A stretch of DNA of 64,000 nucleotides. It comes from a virus. Below the pieces are notes generated by a model that was not told the DNA's origin, searched no databases, and saw only the letters and a list, made by a program, of their open reading frames with translations. The DNA is taken from IMG/VR virus record IMGVR_UViG_3300002052_000002, positions 48,901-112,900 of that record; one strand, written 5' to 3'. Of the stretch, positions 41,100-50,813 are shown in pieces. A program made the position numbers and the translations under genes. How positions within the stretch are numbered: the stretch's first letter is position 1; each line of letters opens with the position of its first letter.

Positions 41100-41418
41100 A
41101 TGGAAAGTACCTAAAAAAGTAAATATTCTAGGATTGGATTATAGGATTAAAGAGCTTAAAAAACCAATTCCTATAGGTAAACATTTTGAAAAGAGTGCTT
41201 ATATAGATTATAATAAATTGGAAATAGCTATTTCTAAGAAACAAAGATTGCAAGAAATGCAATTAGATATGTTACATGAAATAGTTCATGGAATTCTTTG
41301 GTCTATTGAGGCTACTTTAAATATAAAAGAGAGACTTCATCGAAATGAAGAACTTGTAGATTTATTGTCTAAGGCTTTATTCGCTTCTTTAAAAGAAGCA
41401 AAAATTATACAATCTTAG
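41089..41418 (+). CDS. Small HExxH phage protein
   Basis: V.ILG..Y.I, LHEIVHGI, EE.VD. Confidence 0.6.
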   Translation: MANRWKVPKKVNILGLDYRIKELKKPIPIGKHFEKSAYIDYNKLEIAISKKQRLQEMQLDMLHEIVHGILWSIEATLNIKERLHRNEELVDLLSKALFASLKEAKIIQS

Positions 41419-43234
41419 AGATACCATCCTGTCCTCTATTAACTGTAATTTGTCGTCCAAAAGATCCAGCTATTTCTTCTTTATGGCTTATGACAAAGAC
41501 ATGGAACACGTCTTGTATAATCATATAAAGAAGCCTAATTACGTCTTCTTGACCTTTAAGATCTAAAGATAAATCAAGTACTTCGTCTAATAATAGAAAG
41601 TCGAAGGATGTCTTACTATAATCTCTGCATAGCAGAAATATACTTAATAATGTAGCAAGATTGAGGCGTTGCCGCTGACCATCACTTAGGCCAGCATACG
41701 GTATACGCCTTTCATCTTTTCTAACCACAATATCAATCTCTTCCTTTAAGGCCTTGGATTTCAATTCTCTCTGAGGCCTTATTTCTATTTGGAATCTTTC
41801 AGAAGAGATCGCCCCTAAGAAACGATTTACAAGAAGCTCAAGCCTTCCGAATGCTCTTTCTATAATATAAGAGGAGACTCCTTCTCTAGATAGAACCCAT
41901 TTTAAGAAGCCATGAATATCTATCTTTTGAGAGACATCCTCTAATGATTTTGTTAGGCCTTCCACTTCTCCTTCACTTCTCTTAATGGAATCCTGTAGAT
42001 TCTTAAGGAGAGGGAGGAAAGGATTAGGACGCTCTCGTAATTCTTTTAAGTCAGTCTGTAGTTTCTTTGTCCATTCTTCATCGGCTTGTTTTTGACTATT
42101 ATGAGAGGCCATCTGTAGTTCGGTCTGGTGTATTACATGCTCTAGTCTATCTACATCTTGTTTTATAGAATTGAGTTCTGTTAGCTTCTTTTCAAAAGAC
42201 ATTAATTTTGCATAGTTAATATGCAAACACTTCGCATTCTCTGCGAGAGCTTCTTGTAATTCTTTCTTATGATTATCAGCAGCAATTGCTGTTATTAAAG
42301 ATCCACAATGTCTACAAGTAAAACCTTCTTTCTTATAAAGAAGTTCTTCTAATGCTTCTTGGTCATCCGCCATTTCAGCGGAACTAACAGCGTTTTCGTC
42401 CTGGAGAGTCCTAATAAGATTATGAATACGATCCTCTTCCTTCTCTGCTGCACTTGCTCTATCAATGGTGTCTTTTAATTCAATTCGTAACTTTTTAAAA
42501 TCTTCGGAATAATCTGTATATTTTCTATCCTTTATAATACCTAATTGATACTGAAGATCTTTTTCATTCCGCTCCATATCTTGACGATAGCTATTGGACT
42601 TTTCTTGAACCATTTCAAATTTATGTTGACAATCCTCTAGAACTCTCTTCTCAAGATCTATTCTAGCATTGCAAGTATCATAATCTTTCTGGAGTTTATC
42701 ATATGCCATCTTTACTCGTTCGGCGACGACATCTAACTCTTCTAATCCTAATATCATTTTGAAGAGTTGCTTTTTGTCAGCATCCCCCATGCTGGCTAGG
42801 AATTCTCCTGAATATTGGGTGAAGAGGTTGACTCTGGTGAAGAGGGAATAACTGGTTCTGAAAGTGGAGTTGATAATTTCTTGGATATCTCGCTTATGGC
42901 CTTTGATAGCGTTTCCTCCACTTGTGAAAGCAACTTCACCGTCTCGTCGAGTGATCTCATACATAGTCCCACTTGAACTACTAAATCTACCTTTAACTTG
43001 TACAGGTTCTTTAGAGTCCCATCTACGTACTCCCTCATGTGTGAGACCTGTTGGAGTTTTTCCGAAAAGACAGTAACACACTCCCGCAAAGATGCTTGAC
43101 TTTCCGCATCCATTAGAGCCTCCTCCTATCTCATTATATCCTTTAATTAGATATAGTCCTGGCTTACTAAAATCGATTTCAGCATGCTTGAAAGACATAA
43201 AGTTATCTAATGTCAGATATTCTAATTTAAACAT
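41405..43234 (-). CDS. SbcC/Rad50/gp46-like ATPase
   Basis: NFMSF, Walker A GSNGCGKS, CRHC zinc hook, LSDGQ signature, LLLDE, VISH. Confidence 0.92.
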   Translation of the reverse strand: MFKLEYLTLDNFMSFKHAEIDFSKPGLYLIKGYNEIGGGSNGCGKSSIFAGVCYCLFGKTPTGLTHEGVRRWDSKEPVQVKGRFSSSSGTMYEITRRDGEVAFTSGGNAIKGHKRDIQEIINSTFRTSYSLFTRVNLFTQYSGEFLASMGDADKKQLFKMILGLEELDVVAERVKMAYDKLQKDYDTCNARIDLEKRVLEDCQHKFEMVQEKSNSYRQDMERNEKDLQYQLGIIKDRKYTDYSEDFKKLRIELKDTIDRASAAEKEEDRIHNLIRTLQDENAVSSAEMADDQEALEELLYKKEGFTCRHCGSLITAIAADNHKKELQEALAENAKCLHINYAKLMSFEKKLTELNSIKQDVDRLEHVIHQTELQMASHNSQKQADEEWTKKLQTDLKELRERPNPFLPLLKNLQDSIKRSEGEVEGLTKSLEDVSQKIDIHGFLKWVLSREGVSSYIIERAFGRLELLVNRFLGAISSERFQIEIRPQRELKSKALKEEIDIVVRKDERRIPYAGLSDGQRQRLNLATLLSIFLLCRDYSKTSFDFLLLDEVLDLSLDLKGQEDVIRLLYMIIQDVFHVFVISHKEEIAGSFGRQITVNRGQDGISKIV

Positions 43235-44159
43235 TCTTTAACCATTCCTTGTAAGCATTATTCCAATAATTCTTAAAAGAGTGAGTTTTACCGCTTACCC
43301 AATAAGTATAATCTGGATTACTATTCCAATATGGATAATGCCATTTATATTCGGTCATCATTTCCAATGCTAAAGCAGTAGCTATCCACGGATCATTCTC
43401 TAGTTCGTGTAATTTAAATTCTAAATCTGCTCCCTTTATATTGAACCTACCAGCAATAGTAGATGGTAAAAATTGGAAGCAACTTACTTCCCTCTTCTTG
43501 CCTCTTTTATTTACAAAATGAGATTCCTGCCAAGCCAATCCAACTAATTTATATAGAGTTTCCTCATTTGGAGCAAGTTTTAACATCGCTTCTGCGTACT
43601 GCCAGATCTCATACTTTCGTGTGTCTCCATATAGTACATCCATAATCTTCCGCTGGTACTGCATTTCAGTAAATCCTAGATGACTCATCTTAGCATGCCG
43701 TTGGAATATATCAGTTTCTATCTCCGACTTATTCGTATATTTAATACCAGCCTTTTTGAACATGAATTTAGTTAGTATCTCTAATTTCACTTCATTAGGC
43801 ATTGGAGGCGGAGGTGGCAAAGGTTTAATCTCACCTTTCTGAATGATGAGCTTCTGACCTGGAAATATAATATTTGGATCGGCTATTATATTTCTATTAA
43901 GATTATATATGTCAGGCCATTTGTCGTGCTTCCCATAAAGATTATAGGCTATCCCACTAAGTGTATCATTTGGTTGTACAATATAGATCTTAGCGGGCTG
44001 CTGCTGTACCGCCTTCTGCTGCGTATACCCTTGTCCTTGGTTCTTGTGCCCTTCCTGGCCGCACTTCCCAATGAGGCTCAGGGAATACATTGTCAGGAGC
44101 AGGAGCGAGGCCGCCACCACGTACCGCCCTATATTCCCTTTCTTGTTCCATATCTTCAT
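43227..44159 (-). CDS. Membrane-anchored LysM plus lytic transglycosylase-like protein
   Basis: N-terminal TM; LysM YIVQPNDTLSGIA...PGQKL; SLT-like AWQESHF...FQFLPST; AGGAGG RBS. Confidence 0.72.
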   Translation of the reverse strand: MKIWNKKGNIGRYVVAASLLLLTMYSLSLIGKCGQEGHKNQGQGYTQQKAVQQQPAKIYIVQPNDTLSGIAYNLYGKHDKWPDIYNLNRNIIADPNIIFPGQKLIIQKGEIKPLPPPPPMPNEVKLEILTKFMFKKAGIKYTNKSEIETDIFQRHAKMSHLGFTEMQYQRKIMDVLYGDTRKYEIWQYAEAMLKLAPNEETLYKLVGLAWQESHFVNKRGKKREVSCFQFLPSTIAGRFNIKGADLEFKLHELENDPWIATALALEMMTEYKWHYPYWNSNPDYTYWVSGKTHSFKNYWNNAYKEWLKNV

Positions 44160-44289
44160 TAAGTCCTCCTTCAAGATTTATTATAATCCTTCCATAGGCT
44201 AAAGAATCCATCAGAATTTGTACTTTATCAATATTCCAATCATCATCGACTCTGGCATTGACAAATTCTTTTAAATGACGTCCTTTCAT
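43990..44289 (-). CDS. Hypothetical protein overlapping the LysM gene
   Basis: ATGA-coupled to the nuclease gene; 170-nt overlap with the next gene. Confidence 0.4.
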   Translation of the reverse strand: MKGRHLKEFVNARVDDDWNIDKVQILMDSLAYGRIIINLEGGLNEDMEQEREYRAVRGGGLAPAPDNVFPEPHWEVRPGRAQEPRTRVYAAEGGTAAAR

Positions 44290-45266
44290 TGTCTAACCTC
44301 CCTTAGAACTTTGATTGCCTTTTGCTTATCAATAGCGGTCGTAGTCCCCTCGATAAATCTTTCTACTGTATCCCACAAATCCTCGTTCTCTTTCTCTTCT
44401 AATCTAGCCTCACGAGTAGGGGCAAATTCGTAGGAGACTTGAACCCTATGATTCAAAGCTGGCACTTTCACTTCTGGTGAAGTAACTTTCAATCTATAAT
44501 AATCAGTATTCTTCTCAAAGAATTCTAATAGTGTTTCCAATTCTTCTTGAGTAGATACTGTTGCTTCTTTGAATTTTGGTGATTGTATTTGTATAAATCT
44601 GGATTTACCATCTTCGAAAATTGTGACTCCCCTATCCAATATATCCTCTCCAAATTGATTAGCCATCACAGATCCTATATACATTGCTTCTGTAGCTCCA
44701 TATATTTTTACCAATTGTCTAGTATGGAAGTGCCCTAGATAAATATACTTATAGCCGAAAAGACTTTCTGGGGGAGTTCCATCTACATGAGTCCTAGTAA
44801 AATCCGCATTTACATACGCACCATTTAATCCGATATGGCCTAGCAGGATATCATTCTTCACTTTTGGAATCGGACAATCCCAGGGCACCATATCAATCCC
44901 ATTATCTAATTGTGTAGTATTTTCATATAGATATACATTCTTAATATCATCAAAGTTAGCCAGTATAGTTAACTTTCTAAACTGGTCATGATTACCAACT
45001 AACATATGTACTGGACATGCTTCTGCTAAATTATTAACTACCAAGTATGCCGCGTTATAAATTATCTTAGGAATACTTTCAGTTAGCCCATGCAATAAAT
45101 CCCCTAGAAAATATATAGCTTCTACTTTTTCCTTCCTAGCAACTTCAGCTACTTTATTTATTACCATGAGTTGTTCTAGAAGTCTAGTATTCATTCCATT
45201 CTCATTAACAGTAGAGAACTGGGTATATGTGGATAAATGGAGATCTGTAAATAATAGTATTTTCAT
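44286..45266 (-). CDS. SbcD/Mre11/gp47-like nuclease
   Basis: TDLH, LGDL, GNHD, GHFH metallophosphoesterase motifs; near the SbcC gene. Confidence 0.88.
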   Translation of the reverse strand: MKILLFTDLHLSTYTQFSTVNENGMNTRLLEQLMVINKVAEVARKEKVEAIYFLGDLLHGLTESIPKIIYNAAYLVVNNLAEACPVHMLVGNHDQFRKLTILANFDDIKNVYLYENTTQLDNGIDMVPWDCPIPKVKNDILLGHIGLNGAYVNADFTRTHVDGTPPESLFGYKYIYLGHFHTRQLVKIYGATEAMYIGSVMANQFGEDILDRGVTIFEDGKSRFIQIQSPKFKEATVSTQEELETLLEFFEKNTDYYRLKVTSPEVKVPALNHRVQVSYEFAPTREARLEEKENEDLWDTVERFIEGTTTAIDKQKAIKVLREVRQ

Positions 45267-45442
45267 GTCGTCTCTGGTACAAACTCTGCTAAAATATCAT
45301 TTGGATTATCTACCGGAATTACTTCCCCAGGCAAAACCTCTATAATTTTAAATAGAAATTCTCCTTCATGTTCTCTTTCATGATCCCTAACTAGTATTTT
45401 TCTGGAAATTCCAGATGGATAATCATGTTTGAGGATTTTCAT
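45263..45442 (-). CDS. Micro-protein starting MKILKHD
   Basis: GGTGG RBS before ATG 45442; fills the gap to the nuclease gene. Confidence 0.55.
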   Translation of the reverse strand: MKILKHDYPSGISRKILVRDHEREHEGEFLFKIIEVLPGEVIPVDNPNDILAEFVPETT

Positions 45443-45623
45443 GATATGTTGCCACCAATCTATATGGCCTCCAATTTGTTCCGTCTGTAGGATATATGGT
45501 CCATCCACCATTATTAATGCCACCATAATAATAAGTCACGGTACCTGTTGAATTGTTTATCATTTCCAGGATATTTACTTTCTTATTTTCTTCTTCCTCA
45601 TGTTTATGTTTCAATATTTTCAT
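45423..45623 (-). CDS. Micro-protein starting MKILKHKHEEEE
   Basis: ATG lies 4 nt after the recA stop. Confidence 0.55.
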   Translation of the reverse strand: MKILKHKHEEEENKKVNILEMINNSTGTVTYYYGGINNGGWTIYPTDGTNWRPYRLVATYHENPQT

Positions 45624-45627
45624 ATTT

Positions 45628-46635
45628 TCACATATAGAAATATGGTTTGGAAAACCTCTCATCCTCCAGGATTTCTGGATGTTCTGCTAGAATCTTATAA
45701 AAATCTTTAGCGTAAAAAGAGATATCCCCATATTTATTCCAGGCTCCAGACGTAGTTATGATTCCCAAATCGATAGCTATATCTAATAATCCACTATAGG
45801 GATCTAGGCCACGTGACCAAGTCAATTCCATTTCACACTCTCCAAATGGAGGAGCACAGGAATTCTTAGCTACTCGTACTCTAAGGGTAACTCCTATTGG
45901 CCTGTTCTTTTTCTCCAATAGGATAGGAGTAGTTTTCAACAACTCTAGCCTCACTGTGGAATGGAACTTAGAGCCTCGTCCTCCTGGAGTATCTGGCTTA
46001 AATCCACCTGGGCTATCAATAATATGGTTTGCCAACATCATTATTGATTGTGTATCAGCAACAAGTCCAGGTAGAATACGCATAGCCTGTTTAATCTTCT
46101 GAGCCCTACGTCCTTGATCCGCTTTCATGTCTCCCTCTTCTACATCGCCAATTTCTTTAATGGTAGAAGCGGCGGCGATGCTATCAAGAGCAATTAAAAG
46201 TTTTCTTTTCTTCCCAATGTCATTTAGAAGTTCATAGGAAGCAACAGTAAAATCCTCTACTGTGGGGGGATGGAATAGAATTAGATTATCATTGTTCACT
46301 CCATGTATGGCTCCGAAAGTCTTATCGTATCTCCGCTCTACATCTGCTAGAGCGAAGATTCCACCCATCTTCTGCATTTCAGCTCCAGCCTTGAGAATTA
46401 GTAAGGTTTTTCCAGTAGATGGATCCCCAAATAATTCGCAGATTTGTCCGCTAGGATAACCACCTGTACCATCTACTCTCATGCTCATAACATAATCCAA
46501 AGCTAAATTACCACTATGCAGAAACCATTGGTTTGGAGGGGCCAGTATCCCCATAGTTTCTCGAAAATTCTGTACTATCGCCTCTACAGATTCTTCTGTA
46601 ATTGGTTCACTCGTCGTTTTCTTCTGGCGCGCCAT
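45628..46635 (-). CDS. recA: RecA/UvsX-like recombinase
   Basis: SGN.ALD, ELFGDPSTGKT, LDSIAA, TPGG...KFHSTVRL, KN..APPF. Confidence 0.9.
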   Translation of the reverse strand: MARQKKTTSEPITEESVEAIVQNFRETMGILAPPNQWFLHSGNLALDYVMSMRVDGTGGYPSGQICELFGDPSTGKTLLILKAGAEMQKMGGIFALADVERRYDKTFGAIHGVNNDNLILFHPPTVEDFTVASYELLNDIGKKRKLLIALDSIAAASTIKEIGDVEEGDMKADQGRRAQKIKQAMRILPGLVADTQSIMMLANHIIDSPGGFKPDTPGGRGSKFHSTVRLELLKTTPILLEKKNRPIGVTLRVRVAKNSCAPPFGECEMELTWSRGLDPYSGLLDIAIDLGIITTSGAWNKYGDISFYAKDFYKILAEHPEILEDERFSKPYFYM

Positions 46636-47005
46636 ATACTATCAATCTCCTTTTAGCGTCAAAAAGTATATCCTTCATGATTCTATTCACTATCATGTTC
46701 GGATTATTTGTCTCTACAGCTCTAAGACTGCAATATTTTACCCATCTATTTTCACAATCTTGTGCTGAAGCAACTATGATTTCTGCCGCACATTTACCTC
46801 TATGTTTACAATTTATGCAAATACAAGCATGACTTGCCTCTTGTTGCGACGGACAAGGAAAAAGGCAAGCTGGTTGGCTTGCCTTAGTTTTGTCTAATAA
46901 ATCTAGTGCTTCATGCAAAGCTTTCAATCTAACTTCTTCCCTATCTTTCTTTCTCTTCCAAAAAGCAAGTAAAGAAAATAGTTTTGAAAGGCTCATAATT
47001 ACCAT
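46607..47005 (-). CDS. Cys-rich hypothetical protein
   Basis: CxCxxCxxxxxC motif; operon packing. Confidence 0.45.
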   Translation of the reverse strand: MVIMSLSKLFSLLAFWKRKKDREEVRLKALHEALDLLDKTKASQPACLFPCPSQQEASHACICINCKHRGKCAAEIIVASAQDCENRWVKYCSLRAVETNNPNMIVNRIMKDILFDAKRRLIVYGAPEENDE

Positions 47006-47541
47006 CCTCGCGGATCAGCTCTATAATTGGCCGCATGGTCAATGTCTATCATCTGTTTCAGAATCATACCAGCAATTTCCTCTGCATCACACCTGTTATA
47101 AATATACATTCCCATCAGAGGAAACATTCCAAAAAACGGGATAGCCAGAAAGACCTGATAATACCCAATCTCTCTTTCAAAGTTATAACCAAATTCTATC
47201 ATAACTCCGCCCATGCCGTCTGAACTGAAAAATCCATTACTAACAATCATAACTTGATCCTGCGGCATATAGATAGAACTTAGATATTTAGTCTTGTCAG
47301 AAGTTATAGCTGAGTAGGTGTAGAAATTATATTCTGATAAATAATTACTTTTAGGGTAAGATAAGACGGCATTAAGATTTCCTTCTTTCTCACAATAGTA
47401 TCCCTCCTCAACCATCCATTGTGGCACTGGACTTCCATACTTATCCTTGACTGTTGGATGGAATCCCCCAGCCAATACTGGAGCGGCGAGAAGCCCAAGT
47501 GTTAATACTGCAATTGCTAAAATCTTCAACAACTTCTTCAT
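46999..47541 (-). CDS. Secreted hypothetical protein
   Basis: Signal peptide MKKLLKILAIAVLTLGLLAAPVLA. Confidence 0.55.
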   Translation of the reverse strand: MKKLLKILAIAVLTLGLLAAPVLAGGFHPTVKDKYGSPVPQWMVEEGYYCEKEGNLNAVLSYPKSNYLSEYNFYTYSAITSDKTKYLSSIYMPQDQVMIVSNGFFSSDGMGGVMIEFGYNFEREIGYYQVFLAIPFFGMFPLMGMYIYNRCDAEEIAGMILKQMIDIDHAANYRADPRGW

Positions 47542-47870
47542 ATTAAGTTCTCCTTTTCTAATAGATTTGACAAAAATTCAAACTGTTTTGGTCTATTTTT
47601 CTTAAGCCATAAGGTAAATACAAACCCATTATAATGAGCTTTACGCTTATGGCACTTGAAGGGACAAAGAGAAATCCCATTGTTTACTTCAAACATGAAT
47701 TGTGGATAGATATCCTTTGGAAGGATATGGTGTGCATTGAGTCGTGGATTTGCCTCTCCACAGAATGCACATACCCATTCATCTCGTTCTCTAACTGCCA
47801 AAGACCATGCTTTTAGAAGCTTATTCCTTCGGCTTTTTTCTGGATTTCGTTTGCGCCTCTTTCGTTTCAT
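47538..47870 (-). CDS. HNH endonuclease
   Basis: VRERD..CAFCG, AHHI, NGISLC..CH. Confidence 0.85.
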   Translation of the reverse strand: MKRKRRKRNPEKSRRNKLLKAWSLAVRERDEWVCAFCGEANPRLNAHHILPKDIYPQFMFEVNNGISLCPFKCHKRKAHYNGFVFTLWLKKNRPKQFEFLSNLLEKENLI

Positions 47871-48156
47871 ACGATTTCATTTTCTTTAGAATACTTATTC
47901 CATAAATAGAGGATACTGGACATGATAATACATTTCCAACCATATTACCAATGTCACTCTTTTCTTGAGCAAAGAAGAAATGTCCTCTATGTACTTTTAA
48001 TGCATATCCTGCTGATCTTTGACTATTAGCAAAATCGACATCCACATCATATTTTATATCATTTTCATGAATCCAGCCATTAAATTGTCTACAAGAATCT
48101 GTCCACAATACTTCAATAAGATCATGATGATTAATCGTCTTGTCCAATATCTTCAT
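47821..48156 (-). CDS. Hypothetical phage protein (V.W.DS...GW type), starting MKILDK
   Basis: AGGAG RBS before ATG 48156. Confidence 0.5.
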   Translation of the reverse strand: MKILDKTINHHDLIEVLWTDSCRQFNGWIHENDIKYDVDVDFANSQRSAGYALKVHRGHFFFAQEKSDIGNMVGNVLSCPVSSIYGISILKKMKSYETKEAQTKSRKKPKE

Positions 48157-48313
48157 CAGACTTCTCCTTCTTTCGTTTCTGATATTCTCGATACGCCTTT
48201 CTATTTTCTTTGACAAGATCTTTTTCAGCTTTTTCAAGATCTTTGAGTCGTCTTTTCCATTTCTTTACTGCATCATCAGAGTAAAAAGAATGACCCTTAT
48301 CCAAATCTTTCAT
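48131..48313 (-). CDS. Small basic coiled-coil protein
   Basis: ATGA coupling to the exonuclease gene. Confidence 0.45.
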   Translation of the reverse strand: MKDLDKGHSFYSDDAVKKWKRRLKDLEKAEKDLVKENRKAYREYQKRKKEKSDEDIGQDD

Positions 48314-48975
48314 ATAGAATTATCAGTTTTTCTAGTAAAACCCATAAGAGCATTGTATACTCTTTCTAGTTCTATAACATCTCTTCGACAATGATCACTC
48401 AAATATTCTAATGATTCTTTATCGCCCATAAGAGCTTTTATCCAATACTTAGGTTCAATCCTAGTTTTTTCTGTAGCACCAAACAATGTCCTACATACAT
48501 TATCTAATCTTTTAGAACTCATACATAGACGACCACGAGCGGCAAAATAAACATCATTATGAAGTAATTCTCCGAATCCTGGAAATGGAACTCCCAATGA
48601 TATAGCTCGTGTTCTTAGAAATGGAATATCAAATCGACTTCCGTAATAAGTAATAACTCTATCAAAATTCTTTAAATCTTTTACACACTGTTCAATCACT
48701 CGCTTATCTAAGCAAGTACGGAGATCACGTGGAGTAATTGTGCGTTCATAAATTTTATCTTCATCTTTTATTTTAATGCAATATGTCAAAACGATGCCAA
48801 AATCAGCATCCAAATTTGAACATTCAATATCTAGAAAGCCAATTCTTTCAGTATCTGGATGTTCCCTAAGCCAACACTGATAATGACTTAATCCAGTTTC
48901 TCCATGTTTACATCTCCAATTATTCATCTTAATAAGCTCTGATTTCTTAATCCTAGCTATATTTGGTCTAGCCAT
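48310..48975 (-). CDS. DEDD / RNase H-like 3'-5' exonuclease
   Basis: FLDIE, TYYG.RFDIPFL, HC..DV. Confidence 0.8.
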   Translation of the reverse strand: MARPNIARIKKSELIKMNNWRCKHGETGLSHYQCWLREHPDTERIGFLDIECSNLDADFGIVLTYCIKIKDEDKIYERTITPRDLRTCLDKRVIEQCVKDLKNFDRVITYYGSRFDIPFLRTRAISLGVPFPGFGELLHNDVYFAARGRLCMSSKRLDNVCRTLFGATEKTRIEPKYWIKALMGDKESLEYLSDHCRRDVIELERVYNALMGFTRKTDNSI

Positions 48976-48988
48976 TAGACATTCCTCC

Positions 48989-49990
48989 TTATTTGCTTAG
49001 CCTTCTTGCAGCGGCTCGTTTCTCTTTATCTGCCTTAGCGCCAGACATCATTCTACATGGGCCTGCCCATCCATCTTCAATACATTGTCCAGTACATCGT
49101 TCTGCTTGCGATCCATAACTACCAAAACAATCTGGATATGCACTAGTACCAGTAAAATCTCCAGTACCAAACTTATCTACTTTCTTTGGTTCTTTCTTAG
49201 GAGCAGGTGGAACTTCCTCTTCATATTCTTCTGGAATTAAATTAGACCACGCAGTTATAGTATCCATGTCACCATCAGAAGCAGTGGGATGCATAACTGG
49301 TGATTCTTTAACTGTAGCAAATGGATTCATATCGCCAGCTTGGATAGCATTAAATTCCTCTTCTGTCACGCCATAGTGGTAGTTAACAGGAAAGAAAAAC
49401 ATATTTGATTTTGGTCCCAGCCACGAAGGCAAGACTCTAACTTCTGTTCTTCCTGCTTCTAATTTTGCCTGTGCCGAAACCTTAACTTCTCCGCTTTTCA
49501 TTAAAGCGAGGATATTATCCAGTGGTACTAAATGTTTAAGTACACCAAGATCAGGGAGAGTAGAAGCTGACATAGAAGGCTCCACATCATAATCAGCCCT
49601 ATCTCGTGAAGCACCAGGAGTCTTCTTTACAAAAAGATTTCGTCCTTTCATTGGATCCATAAAGACTTTTAATTCCGCCTGTCCTGTAGGATCCATATGA
49701 AATCCAGCTAGTTTTTTGAAGATCTTATCTCCATATTCAAATACTACAACTTGTGACGGATTGATGGCAGGGAATATAATATTTGAATAGTATTTGTGTT
49801 TCTGGTTAAGGTTCTGAGCTTTCTCATAAAGCTTTGTCCCTTTCAATGAACGGTCTTTCAAAATCTCGAAAGCAAGTTCGCATAGCTTACAAGGCTTATC
49901 AAAAGTAGTAGGGCATATAACTGGAGGGATTCCTCCGCCTTGCTTCAATACTCTTTTATAAGTATCCATTAATTTCTTATCGTAATCCAT
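48989..49990 (-). CDS. gp32-like single-stranded DNA-binding protein, apparently circularly permuted
   Basis: CP...CxxCE, YYSNI, FEYG, DP..GRN; VRVLP...HYG lies downstream; acidic region. Confidence 0.7.
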   Translation of the reverse strand: MDYDKKLMDTYKRVLKQGGGIPPVICPTTFDKPCKLCELAFEILKDRSLKGTKLYEKAQNLNQKHKYYSNIIFPAINPSQVVVFEYGDKIFKKLAGFHMDPTGQAELKVFMDPMKGRNLFVKKTPGASRDRADYDVEPSMSASTLPDLGVLKHLVPLDNILALMKSGEVKVSAQAKLEAGRTEVRVLPSWLGPKSNMFFFPVNYHYGVTEEEFNAIQAGDMNPFATVKESPVMHPTASDGDMDTITAWSNLIPEEYEEEVPPAPKKEPKKVDKFGTGDFTGTSAYPDCFGSYGSQAERCTGQCIEDGWAGPCRMMSGAKADKEKRAAARRLSK

Positions 49991-49991
49991 A

Positions 49992-50528
49992 TTATTCCTC
50001 CTTTTCGGCCTCTTGCTCTTCAGCAGGTGCCTCTACTTCACGCTTAGTTCTTCGTTTTCTTGTCTTTTCTCTTTCTTTAATTTCGTCTTTGAACGCTTTT
50101 ACTGTAGTGAATTCGTTTACTTGTACATCGCTCTGATTTCGGTATAGTTCCAATAGTACGTTGAATTTTTCTTTGAATGCGTCTTTAGCCACATTAAGCA
50201 TATCTTCCATGTACTCAGCCTTAATAAGCTCTTTCTGAGCCTCGTGATATGCTGGATGCTCCGCAAGATAATCATTAATCATCTTCTCAGTTACTCGTAA
50301 TCCAGGATTCTCTGCGGCCATTTCCATTCGGAATCCCTTAGTTAGCTCCGCCTCAATCTGGCGAGTGGCTAATTTTTGCATCCTTCTTTTTCTAGCGGAT
50401 AAAGCCCAAGCCATACTCCAATAAAAGAATAAAGACGGTTGCCTAAGCAATTCGTCTTCTAGCTTGGTTTCATCAATTTGCAGGGCATCGCTAATCTGCC
50501 CCTCTGACGTTCTCTTTTCGTCGGTCAT
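49992..50528 (-). CDS. UvsY-like recombination mediator
   Basis: LQIDE..L..EL..QP..F..W; K/RVTE..I; adjacent to the SSB. Confidence 0.6.
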   Translation of the reverse strand: MTDEKRTSEGQISDALQIDETKLEDELLRQPSLFFYWSMAWALSARKRRMQKLATRQIEAELTKGFRMEMAAENPGLRVTEKMINDYLAEHPAYHEAQKELIKAEYMEDMLNVAKDAFKEKFNVLLELYRNQSDVQVNEFTTVKAFKDEIKEREKTRKRRTKREVEAPAEEQEAEKEE

Positions 50529-50546
50529 AGCTTCCTCGACCTCCTT

Positions 50547-50795
50547 TTAATCTATTCGTTTGGGTGCTCCGTTATACTCCATACAAGCTACCGCTAAGGC
50601 GGCAATTTTACGGACAGAATCCAGAGCTTCTACGTCGTATCCAATTCGTCCTTTGGCTTCCTCAACATATCTCTCCATGAAGATTAGCCAATCTCCAATC
50701 GACCACTCGGAATCATTAAATTGTGATCCCCATTTCTTATCTTGGTAGTCTCTTTCACCATCAATAGCTTCGTAAACTTCTAATCTATTTATCAT
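50547..50795 (-). CDS. MazG-like all-alpha NTP pyrophosphatase-like protein
   Basis: ER.YQD.KWG, W......VEEA, KIAALAVACME. Confidence 0.55.
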   Translation of the reverse strand: MINRLEVYEAIDGERDYQDKKWGSQFNDSEWSIGDWLIFMERYVEEAKGRIGYDVEALDSVRKIAALAVACMEYNGAPKRID

Positions 50796-50813
50796 CCTTT
50801 TATCCTCCTATTA

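Noticed and set aside
44286-45266. MKIL starts of the SbcD nuclease and the GT-radical SAM gene as members of the MKILK tag set
   Set aside because: MKIL followed by hydrophobic residues is the ordinary first beta-strand of these folds, so they were not counted.
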